26,214 nucleotides of DNA, taken from positions 1-26,214 of the IMG/VR virus record IMGVR_UViG_3300032233_000764. One strand, written 5' to 3'. The DNA comes from a virus. Taxonomy: Duplodnaviria > Caudoviricetes. The notes below the pieces were generated by a model that had not been told where the DNA came from, searched no databases, and saw nothing but the letters and a program-made list of their open reading frames with translations. Shown here piece by piece: positions 7,373-15,441 of the stretch. A program made the position numbers and the translations under genes. How positions within the stretch are numbered: the first letter of the stretch is position 1; the number at the start of each line of letters is the position of its first letter.

Positions 7373-8523
7373 TAAGCGGTGTATTCCTTGTTGTGGTACA
7401 TCGCCCAACCATCACGAATGGGAATCATCTCAAGGTTGAACTCAGCGTCGCCGTCTTTGTAGGTAACTACACACAGACCCTGCTGCCAGTTCTCTGTAAT
7501 AGCCATAGGACGCCCGTCAAGGTCAATACCGCCCTTGGTCGAGGGTACAGCACCGTCGACACGGGCAAGGCATCCTGCAGAGGCTGCGAGGATGGTTTTA
7601 CGACCGTCAAAATCTTCTCGAGTTATTTCAGCCCATTCACGGCGGTGGATATGCCCGTAAAGAATTGAAGTCTTTTCGTTACTCAAGTACATGTGCGCTG
7701 TAGAACCATTGCTTTTAACTCTGGTGCCATGGATGACTTTCAATTTCTGGTTAATCCAGTAGTAACCAGCGGGGTATCCTGCGATGTATTGAATGTTGAA
7801 ATCATCAAAGCGGCAAAGGAATGGGACCGACAGCACAGGAAAGTTGTCTGGTGAATCGCCACGCTTTAGACCAAACGAAACCCTCGCATTATCAAGGATG
7901 TAGTTGACGAGGCGTTCTTCATGGTTGCCAGCAAGCCAAACAATTTCAGAATCGGGAGCGGCAGCCCGTAAACGAGCCATCAGAATTGTTGCGTAGTCGA
8001 TTGCTTTTTGGGTTGTCAATGCGTAGGCAGGGCTGAGTCGGTACTTGCCGAACTCAGCAAAGTCTAAGTTGTCGCCGTGCATAACTATTTTTGTGGGCTT
8101 TAAGTCTTTAACCATGGCAACGCATATGTCGATAGCGGCTTCGTCGTGTATGCCTTCAAGTTCGCCTAGTGCGTTACGGAAGTAACCGATTTGCATATCA
8201 GGAAGAACGACAGCGGTGTTCCACTCCGTTTGCTTTGCTGCTTTGGTCACCTTGCTTATCGGCAATTTAACAGCAGGTCCTTGATTAACTGGGTCCCAAG
8301 TCGGACCGTCAGCCCATTGTGGTGACAAAACAATTCCAGCCATGTCAACGAGTTGGGCTTCACCATTCTCGTCTTTTAAGAAACCTTGCCAAACATTGAT
8401 TCGTTCAACACGACCAATCTCGTCAGGGTCTATTCCTGAGCGCTCAAGCAACTCAGCAAGTTTTCCCATCTTGTCTTTAATCGACGGTTGAGGTCCAGCA
8501 TTCAGTTTCGCATCAAGCGTCAC
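7372..8523 (-). CDS. Calcineurin-like metallophosphoesterase with N-terminal extension
   Basis: LPDMQ, HGDNLD, GNHEER, IHG and GHIHR motifs; GTG start 8523 after AAGGAG. Confidence 0.88.
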   Translation of the reverse strand: MTLDAKLNAGPQPSIKDKMGKLAELLERSGIDPDEIGRVERINVWQGFLKDENGEAQLVDMAGIVLSPQWADGPTWDPVNQGPAVKLPISKVTKAAKQTEWNTAVVLPDMQIGYFRNALGELEGIHDEAAIDICVAMVKDLKPTKIVMHGDNLDFAEFGKYRLSPAYALTTQKAIDYATILMARLRAAAPDSEIVWLAGNHEERLVNYILDNARVSFGLKRGDSPDNFPVLSVPFLCRFDDFNIQYIAGYPAGYYWINQKLKVIHGTRVKSNGSTAHMYLSNEKTSILYGHIHRREWAEITREDFDGRKTILAASAGCLARVDGAVPSTKGGIDLDGRPMAITENWQQGLCVVTYKDGDAEFNLEMIPIRDGWAMYHNKEYTA

Positions 8524-8803
8524 AAGAACACTCTCCTTTTGCATGGCGTCGAATCATTCGGTCAGAAACCTTGTGACCAAACTCTTCGAGTACATCGGCA
8601 AGCCAACGGGTTGTGTAACCAGATGACATTGTTGATGAAGTTGACAAAGCGTTTGATACATGACCAAGTGCAATGTCCAGTGCTTCACGCTCTTCAGGGC
8701 TTACTTTTTTCAGCACATGCCCGATAGAGCATCGATTCGCATAAGGGCTTGGAACTGGCTGCGATAGTCGGGCAGCCAAATCTTTCGATGGCTGTTTTGC
8801 CAT
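8513..8803 (-). CDS. Small HTH-like, probably Zn-binding protein
   Basis: C near the N-terminus plus C-terminal RRH..GECSC; LADVLEEFGHKVSDRMIRRH resembles an HTH; coupled to the phosphoesterase gene. Confidence 0.7.
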   Translation of the reverse strand: MAKQPSKDLAARLSQPVPSPYANRCSIGHVLKKVSPEEREALDIALGHVSNALSTSSTMSSGYTTRWLADVLEEFGHKVSDRMIRRHAKGECSCDA

Positions 8804-9093
8804 TACTTCAGTTTCTTAGCAGCAGGCTTTTTGCGGGCAGGGGCAGGAACTTCGTCAAGGAACACAACACCGTCATGGTCATCAAGATGTTCATTTAACT
8901 TCTTCTTTACATCGAGAATGTCTCTGTGTATGTCTGCAGTCCGAACAAATGTTCTTTCAAGCATGTCGTATATTTGTCCGTGTTGTTCTGTGCTTGCAGT
9001 GCGGTTTCTGGTTTGTCCACGCTGTAGCGAGACAAGGGCTGCGACAACGGTGCCAGCGGCTCCGATGATGGCGGTGATTATTGCTGGTTCCAT
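8803..9093 (-). CDS. Membrane-anchored coiled-coil protein of the lysis region
   Basis: N-terminal TM AIITAIIGAAGTVVAALVSL, helical region ending LNEHLDDH, basic tail; adjacent to the endolysin gene. Confidence 0.75.
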   Translation of the reverse strand: MEPAIITAIIGAAGTVVAALVSLQRGQTRNRTASTEQHGQIYDMLERTFVRTADIHRDILDVKKKLNEHLDDHDGVVFLDEVPAPARKKPAAKKLK

Positions 9094-9140
9094 GTCGGAT
9101 ATCTTAGACACACGATGGTCTAGGAAATGGTTACCGTGGA

Positions 9141-9689
9141 TTAGGGCTTAACGGGCTTAGGAAGCGATGCCCAAGCAGCGGCAAACTTTGCTGCGTCCAA
9201 AGCCATTTCTTGAGAAAGTTCTAGGTGCAACCACGATGGCGACCCCGAATACGAACCAGCATTATCGTCCTTTGTGAAAATTTTCACACCTTGTTTCCCC
9301 TCACCACGAGAGCACCTCCACCCTGCTCCGAAGTCGCCAAACGCATACCAGTGAATTTCGACCAGACCAAGAACTTCGCTGTGCTCAACTTTCTTACCGT
9401 CAATGACCGAGTTGCCAAGGAACCAGTCCCACATCTCTCTTGCGACAGTTTCGTTAGGATACTTACAGTCCAAGGCAGCGCCAGTCGCATGCGTACTCAT
9501 CCACTTACCCGCTTCAGGGTCAGTCAGTTTCATCCCGACTGTGTGGTCATTTTTCATCAACCTAACTTGATAGATGCCCAGCGAACTGCATTTCCATCTT
9601 TTGGTGCACAAATCAAGAAGTTTAAGGGTGCCCTCTTGGGCTTTTTTCCCGTCAAAACTAGGATAATAAGGGTATTTTCTGAGAGCCAT
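9141..9689 (-). CDS. Endolysin-like Zn peptidase (M15/LAS-type)
   Basis: R...STHATGAALD (SxHxxGxAxD) and C-terminal WLHLE; flanked by small membrane genes. Confidence 0.75.
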   Translation of the reverse strand: MALRKYPYYPSFDGKKAQEGTLKLLDLCTKRWKCSSLGIYQVRLMKNDHTVGMKLTDPEAGKWMSTHATGAALDCKYPNETVAREMWDWFLGNSVIDGKKVEHSEVLGLVEIHWYAFGDFGAGWRCSRGEGKQGVKIFTKDDNAGSYSGSPSWLHLELSQEMALDAAKFAAAWASLPKPVKP

Positions 9690-9724
9690 GAGTCGACTTT
9701 AACCCATGTGGGGCTATACCGCCC

Positions 9725-9892
9725 TTAATCATCGTCCGATTCAAATGCCATCCCGATGAGATTCAGCAACAGAGCACCACCAGAAATAAACAAACCAATT
9801 CTTTTGGTTTCTCCTGACAATGTAATCAGTACCAAAGCGGTACCAGCAAGGGTCCATATGAGACCGTTTAGTTTTGTAATGAAATTACTCAT
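9725..9892 (-). CDS. Small two-TM membrane protein (55 aa; absent from the ORF track)
   Basis: Hand translation MSNFITKLNGLIWTLAGTALVLITLSGETKRIGLFISGGALLLNLIGMAFESDDD; TAATG overlap with the upstream stop. Confidence 0.8.
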   Translation of the reverse strand: MSNFITKLNGLIWTLAGTALVLITLSGETKRIGLFISGGALLLNLIGMAFESDDD

Positions 9893-11115
9893 TAAATCAA
9901 TTTCCTTTTGGGATTAGTTCCAGCGGCAACGGGCGCTGCCATCATTGTGGCTACGACAGCATTGAGGATTCGACGCTGTCCGACATTTACAGTTGAACCA
10001 GTGGCAACATAAGTGTCAAATTTCCCTCCGTAGATGTCGACCTTTTCTTCAAAGGCTTCTTTAACCGCTGGAGGAGCATCGGTCAAAGTTTCAGCCAGAA
10101 TAACCAGTTCCGAATCAGAAAGATTTTCGATTGATTCTGCGATGACATTAACAATCGCATCAACCTGTTCTGAGTCAAGTTTGTCTGCTACTTCAGGATT
10201 CAAGACAGTCGTAAGGTCATTTAGTGTGACATCTTCGGCGGCTATCTGGGTCAACTGTGCTACTGACGCTGTAACAATTGCGTCAGTAATTACAGGGGGA
10301 ACTGTGGTTGGAGGCACACTTGTTGTGGTGGTGGGAGCAACCGTAGTTGATGTTGTGGTGGAGGTTGAAGTTGTGGTCGTTGGGCGCATCGCATAGACGG
10401 TTGTCGTTGTGGTCGGGGCTGCCGTTGTGGTCGTGGTCGTACTAGATGTAGTGGTCGTCGTGGTGCTGGTACTAGATGTAGTGGTTGGAGCCATAGTGGT
10501 ACTAGATGTGGTGGTTGGGGGCACGGTGGTACTAGATGTAGTGGTTGTAGTAGTTTGAGGGACCGTCGTCGTAGAAGTAGAGGTCGTAGATGTCGTGGTT
10601 GTGGTTGGTGCCACTGTCGTTGTGGTTGTACTTGTGCTGGTGGTGCTCGTAGATGTGGTCGGGGCTACCGTGGTGGTTGTTGCTTGGAGCGTTGTTGTTG
10701 TCTCTGGCGCTTGGGTGGTAGTGGTCTGCATTGACCCTTCACCGTTGAACCCCAGTTCGTATTGCAAGTTCCACCCCCCATTTGTACGCCAAGCGTTAGG
10801 GTCTCCACAGCAGATACCAGCCCTCAGTCTGTAACGACCAGCAGGCACGGCAATAAAAATGTAGGACTGCAAGCCATAACTGTCGTCATTGGCTGCAAGT
10901 TGCGTTCCCGCTTCGTCGTATAACCACAACATTGGGTCAGAGTTGTATCCTGCAACCATGTAAGTCTGCGCAACAAATTGAGTCGGCTCTGAATAGTCAA
11001 ACCAGACATCAGTCGGCTGCGTAATAATAAAGTTTTCAGCGTGAACCATCCCCGCTACGCATAACGACAAAAGCGGAGAGAAAACAAGAAGAAGCCGACT
11101 AGCCCTTTTTAGCAC
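9892..11115 (-). CDS. Secreted/surface protein with beta-rich N-domain, long Thr/Ser stalk and acidic helical C-domain
   Basis: GTG start 11115; signal peptide ending VHA; DPMLWLYD..G.QLAANDDS.GL.S (PPC-like); ~145-aa poly-Thr tract; hydrophobic/basic C-terminus. Confidence 0.8.
   Translation of the reverse strand: MLKRASRLLLVFSPLLSLCVAGMVHAENFIITQPTDVWFDYSEPTQFVAQTYMVAGYNSDPMLWLYDEAGTQLAANDDSYGLQSYIFIAVPAGRYRLRAGICCGDPNAWRTNGGWNLQYELGFNGEGSMQTTTTQAPETTTTLQATTTTVAPTTSTSTTSTSTTTTTVAPTTTTTSTTSTSTTTVPQTTTTTTSSTTVPPTTTSSTTMAPTTTSSTSTTTTTTSSTTTTTTAAPTTTTTVYAMRPTTTTSTSTTTSTTVAPTTTTSVPPTTVPPVITDAIVTASVAQLTQIAAEDVTLNDLTTVLNPEVADKLDSEQVDAIVNVIAESIENLSDSELVILAETLTDAPPAVKEAFEEKVDIYGGKFDTYVATGSTVNVGQRRILNAVVATMMAAPVAAGTNPKRKLI
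10439..10545. repeat. Four copies of GTACTAGATGT(A/G)GTGGT at a 30-nt period within the Thr stalk
   Basis: Copies start at 10439, 10469, 10499 and 10529; each encodes TTTSST. Confidence 0.85.
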
Positions 11116-11320
11116 CGAAGATTTCCGACAATTCAGACTTCGATACAACGCCATCATCAGCGTAGGCTCGAGCCAATTTTTCAATGACTTGGCTTGCAGC
11201 CACGATTCCAGCCAAAGCAGCAGCCTTGATTACGGACACGCCGAGAATAGAAGCGCCACCAATCATGGCAAGGCTTGTATAGCCGAATACGGCAAAAACA
11301 CGGAGAGCAATTTGTTTCAT
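11099..11320 (-). CDS. Holin-like membrane protein
   Basis: 73 aa, two hydrophobic segments, charged C-terminus (DDGVVSKSELSEIF); first gene after the tail module. Confidence 0.65.
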   Translation of the reverse strand: MKQIALRVFAVFGYTSLAMIGGASILGVSVIKAAALAGIVAASQVIEKLARAYADDGVVSKSELSEIFGAKKG

Positions 11321-11339
11321 CTGGTGAACCTCTGGTCTG

Positions 11340-11391
11340 GGACACAGGGGTCACTGGAATTACTGACTCAATCTAGTGCATCGCATCGACC
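11340..11391 (-). promoter_or_regulatory. Candidate late promoter and paired GTGACC/GTGTCC motif upstream of the lysis cassette
   Basis: GGTCGATGCGAT-N4-TAGATT (11391-11370), then GTGACC-CCT-GTGTCC (11354-11340). Confidence 0.5.
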
Positions 11392-11416
11392 CCGTCCAGT
11401 GAAGGTCGGTGGAGTA

Positions 11417-11731
11417 TCAATCTTCGACTAGGTCCCAACGAAAGGTGTCCATGTTTAACACCCATTCTCTGGCATCTGTCTCTCCCAAACGGTCAGGTTT
11501 AGGTGGGATAAAAGCGTCATGTTCTGCATCGTAGGTGTACAAAATGCCTGCAAAGTTTTTTCTTTGAGAACCATCTTCGTAGGTCCGCAACCAAAGAAAA
11601 TCGCCAAATTGTTTACAGTATTCCTCACCAATCAAATCAGAAAAATCACCGTTTTCATCCAACAATGCTTCATCGGGAACAACAATGCTATTAACAACAT
11701 TGCCATCAACTATTTTGCAATATATAGCCAT
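11417..11731 (-). CDS. Small tail-fibre-associated protein
   Basis: KIVDGNVVNSIVV...RKNFAGILYTYDAEHDAFIPPKP...W pattern typical of small genes following Gly-rich fibres; coupled to the upstream gene. Confidence 0.7.
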   Translation of the reverse strand: MAIYCKIVDGNVVNSIVVPDEALLDENGDFSDLIGEEYCKQFGDFLWLRTYEDGSQRKNFAGILYTYDAEHDAFIPPKPDRLGETDAREWVLNMDTFRWDLVED

Positions 11732-14700
11732 TAGTAATTACTTTCTGTCCATCCTGTGCCGCTTCTAGCACCATTGGGACCATAATACAGGAATTCGGCA
11801 TATCCGCCCGAACCCTCAGAAGTCATGTAGGTAGTGTTGTAAGTCCCTCCTTGACCAACGGTGGTTCCATAAGGCGAACCATAGTAAAGACCGCCACCGC
11901 CGCCGCCACCACCAAACAATGGACCTGCGTAGGTGGGGTATTTACCTGCACCACCATTTCCTCCTGTTAGTGACCCAGCATTTGCGTTTCCACCGTACCC
12001 GTTAGAACCGCCTCCGCCACCACCTGCTTCGTCACCGTTGAACAAGTTGTACCAACCTAATCCGCCTCCGAAGCCAGCACCTGACGAACCGCCATTCGGG
12101 TCTTGAAAGGGATTCCCCGCCAATCCTGCGTAACCACCAATAGCAGTCACTCCAAAGTTGGTAACTGTTGAGTTTCCACCGTTAGCACCGAGTCCGCCTG
12201 CAGCACCAATTGTGCCGACCATAGAACTAGCCAGAGTAAAGGAATAGCCTGTGTAGTTTTCGCCACCGCCACCGCCGCCGCCGCCTCTGTCTGACGCAGC
12301 ACCGCCACCGCCAGCAATCAACTGACCGTAGTAAGCAGTTGTGGATGCAATACCGCCAGCACCCGTGTTGGACCAATTTGGTGATGTCCATGTTCCACTA
12401 CCCGTATACCTAACAACTTTAAGTGTGTGAGTTGTGAAACTGTTGGTGTTCAGGGTTGCACCACCAAGGTCGTTTGAGGCAGACACACGAATCAGATATG
12501 TGGTGTTTGTGTTTACTGTCGGTATGTATCCCGTCACAGAATAAGTTTGCGAAGTAATTCCCGAAACAGCACCAAAAGCACTCGACCAACTAGCCCCTCC
12601 GTTGGTTGAATACTGGAACGATACTGAAGTGGCAAGACCGTTGTAATTAACTACTGCAGTTGCAGAAGCAGATGTTGCTGCATACGAAGGCGTCACGCTC
12701 GTAATTGTTGCGGCTGTTGCAGCGTCACTATATGTACTTGAACTGGTTGCCGAATCCTCAGCACCAATTGCTCTAACTCTCCAGTAATACCTTGTACCCA
12801 TGGTCAACCCAGTGAGTGCCACACTGCAATTGACTGCCGAACTACCCGAGATAGGTGAATTACTTGAAGCAACAGTCGTAAAAGTACCACCCGTAAAAGT
12901 TGAGTTCCCAGTTTTGTAATCAAAGTACACCATAGTGGAACGACCACCTGCGTTAACTACAGCAGTCAATGTCAAAGCCGTTGTTGATGGATGGGATTCA
13001 GACAGGACACTGATAACAGGAGTGACTGGAGCAGGAGTAGCAAACGCTGTACCACTAACATTCGTCACACCGACAGAGTTAGTAGCCCTTATCCGCCAAT
13101 AATATGTCGTGCTTGCGCTCAAACCGATTGTCGCACTAACCGACACTGGCGTATTTGAAGTAACTGGCGACTGAGTAGCAAGAATAGAACTGTAACCAGT
13201 TGTAAATGTTCCAGAACCAGTTTGATAATCAAAATACACAGTAGTCGAAGTACCGTTAGCATCGACTGTTCCGTTCAGAGTTGCCGAGTTATACACGACT
13301 GAAGAAGCGGCTGAAGCAACAACAGAAGGTGCGGCGTTGCCCGTGACAAAAGATGCCGCACTTGCTGTTGTAGATACAAACGCATTAGAAGCCACGATAC
13401 GGAAATAATAAGTGTAAGCAGCATCAAGGACACCACTCAAAGTTGCTGAAACAGCAACATTCTGTCCAGTTACAGTCGAAGGAGAAGCAGCCACTTGAGT
13501 TACTCCAGAACCAAACGAACCATCCTGACTGTATTGAAACACCACACCTGTCGATAGACCATTAGCAGACACTGTTCCGTTAAGTACCGCAGAATTTGTA
13601 GTCACGGAAGTTGCTGCACTCATCGACACAGTAGGAGGCGTAGGAGAAAAACGCCCAGAACCGTTCAATTTCATTCCCCACCGTTTAGGCGTCAAATCAA
13701 AATCAATACTGTTAATCAACATGTCCTGAGTGAACTGACTACCAACAGTTGGTGTTCGTATGAAACTAAACCTGTCCAGCAATTCAAGACTCAACAATTG
13801 TTGCCATTTAGCAAGAGTATTAGCCGATGTTCCCACCTCTAATTCACTGACGGTAGGAATCAATTGTGAATAATATTGAAGCCAAAAAGAAGCAAGAGCA
13901 GCAGCGCCAGCAGAAGTAGACATTTGTGTGTCAATACTTTCTGAATGCCTACCATAAGCCGATACCGATGCGCTATCTGTAGCAGTTTCTTGAACACTGC
14001 TGCCGTAATTAACAACAATCTCATTTCGTATGTTGTCGCCGTCATAGAAGATTGAGATGTCATCTTTGAAGTACCCGATATCTGTGCCAGTGTCAGTCAC
14101 AACAATCTGTGGATTTAGAGAAGTTGAATTCGTTGACACATAGGTACGGTTCACCGTTTTTATTACACCGCTTTTAGTGACAAACGCATAGCCGCCTTCG
14201 GTGTTCATTGCTTCATAAAGAGCGTCAGCAATGTTTGTATTTGGCTCAGGAGAACCAGATATTTCACCCACCGATGTACTATGCACATTGTAAAGTCCTG
14301 CAGGCACTTCAGAGAGAGCCAAAATGTTTGCGGCTCGAGCCGATGTTGATTCTGTTTTGTTTCCTGCTCCATATTGATAAAGGTTGACTATTTGCGAGTT
14401 TGACAACAAATAGTTAAACATTGCGACTTCTTGCAAAACCGCCGAGGATAAAGAAACTATTCTTGTTGGAAAAAGTTTAACTCCAGTTAATGGACTCACG
14501 AGCGAAGTGCCAGTTCTATTGACTCCATTTACAAAAATGTTTATGCTGCCAGAGGATGCCGTATAAGTGACTACATAATGTGAAGGAATTGTTGTACTTA
14601 CTTTTACATCAGTTCGTGTTTCGTAATCAAAAAGTGAATCATTGTTGAGTCGTACTTTAAGTAGTCCAGTTGTTGGATTGTTGCCAGTTATCTCTATTAG

Positions 14701-15441
14701 AGGACCAATTGGTGTAGGACTTGTGGGATACGAAATAGATATTATTGGATTTTGATTCGAGGAATCGGGGAAAGAAGCCCAAAACGAAATAGAAGCATCA
14801 CCTGTTGCTGGCGTAACAGCGGATGTTTTTGTGTAATTGGTATTTGCAACATCAGCGCTTGTGCCAGACAAAGCCAATCCAAGTGAATACTTTGCTACCA
14901 GAGTTTCGTTTGCTTGACCGCCAGAGACATTCAAATTGGTAGCGGCAGTGCCAAAATCTTTGATAACAGTATTACCGCTTGGGTCACTGCATTTGAAATA
15001 GTGATAGGGATTCAGGGACCGAGTATAAATGTCGGCATAATCGTTTTTGATGATTGTGCTCTGTAGCAGTGACATCGCATCAAAACAATCAACGGTGACT
15101 GTTGATGTTTTACCAGCGTCAGCCCATGTGACTGGAAAGCCGTTAACGAACCCTCTGAACATGTCGTAGGTCGTGCCGTTTGCTGTGCCACGGATGCGTA
15201 TTTGTCGGCGTGGAGTCAGTTTGCCGAAGTAAGTTCCCGAACTGTTAAACGGGTCGTATTTTCGGTCCTTGTTGTTAAGAACAAAATTTGCTGTGGCTGT
15301 GAAGTTTTTATCAAAATCGTCTGAGCGTCCACGGTGTATCGAAACATGGGTGACATCCGATGAAACATCTGTCCATGTTGGGGACACAACATAAGGACCA
15401 TGGTCAAAAGCAATTTCAACTATGAGTGTTGGGACAGCCAT
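11731..15441 (-). CDS. Multidomain tail-tip/receptor-binding protein (hub-like + LamG-like + 4 FN3-like + Gly-rich C-terminus)
   Basis: Directly follows the tape measure. WTDVS..V..V.I.RGR hub motif; LamG-like SISFW...HYVVTY...IFVNG...LQEVAMFNY.LS; four S..L.G.V..NG..T...F.Y...YY.R..A units; GGGGG-rich end. Confidence 0.85.
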   Translation of the reverse strand: MAVPTLIVEIAFDHGPYVVSPTWTDVSSDVTHVSIHRGRSDDFDKNFTATANFVLNNKDRKYDPFNSSGTYFGKLTPRRQIRIRGTANGTTYDMFRGFVNGFPVTWADAGKTSTVTVDCFDAMSLLQSTIIKNDYADIYTRSLNPYHYFKCSDPSGNTVIKDFGTAATNLNVSGGQANETLVAKYSLGLALSGTSADVANTNYTKTSAVTPATGDASISFWASFPDSSNQNPIISISYPTSPTPIGPLIEITGNNPTTGLLKVRLNNDSLFDYETRTDVKVSTTIPSHYVVTYTASSGSINIFVNGVNRTGTSLVSPLTGVKLFPTRIVSLSSAVLQEVAMFNYLLSNSQIVNLYQYGAGNKTESTSARAANILALSEVPAGLYNVHSTSVGEISGSPEPNTNIADALYEAMNTEGGYAFVTKSGVIKTVNRTYVSTNSTSLNPQIVVTDTGTDIGYFKDDISIFYDGDNIRNEIVVNYGSSVQETATDSASVSAYGRHSESIDTQMSTSAGAAALASFWLQYYSQLIPTVSELEVGTSANTLAKWQQLLSLELLDRFSFIRTPTVGSQFTQDMLINSIDFDLTPKRWGMKLNGSGRFSPTPPTVSMSAATSVTTNSAVLNGTVSANGLSTGVVFQYSQDGSFGSGVTQVAASPSTVTGQNVAVSATLSGVLDAAYTYYFRIVASNAFVSTTASAASFVTGNAAPSVVASAASSVVYNSATLNGTVDANGTSTTVYFDYQTGSGTFTTGYSSILATQSPVTSNTPVSVSATIGLSASTTYYWRIRATNSVGVTNVSGTAFATPAPVTPVISVLSESHPSTTALTLTAVVNAGGRSTMVYFDYKTGNSTFTGGTFTTVASSNSPISGSSAVNCSVALTGLTMGTRYYWRVRAIGAEDSATSSSTYSDAATAATITSVTPSYAATSASATAVVNYNGLATSVSFQYSTNGGASWSSAFGAVSGITSQTYSVTGYIPTVNTNTTYLIRVSASNDLGGATLNTNSFTTHTLKVVRYTGSGTWTSPNWSNTGAGGIASTTAYYGQLIAGGGGAASDRGGGGGGGGENYTGYSFTLASSMVGTIGAAGGLGANGGNSTVTNFGVTAIGGYAGLAGNPFQDPNGGSSGAGFGGGLGWYNLFNGDEAGGGGGGSNGYGGNANAGSLTGGNGGAGKYPTYAGPLFGGGGGGGGLYYGSPYGTTVGQGGTYNTTYMTSEGSGGYAEFLYYGPNGARSGTGWTESNY

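Noticed and set aside
5538-10545. CRISPR array interpretation of the short repeats (5538-5633, 10439-10545)
   Set aside because: Repeats are intragenic, intervening sequences are only 2-13 nt, and there are no cas genes.
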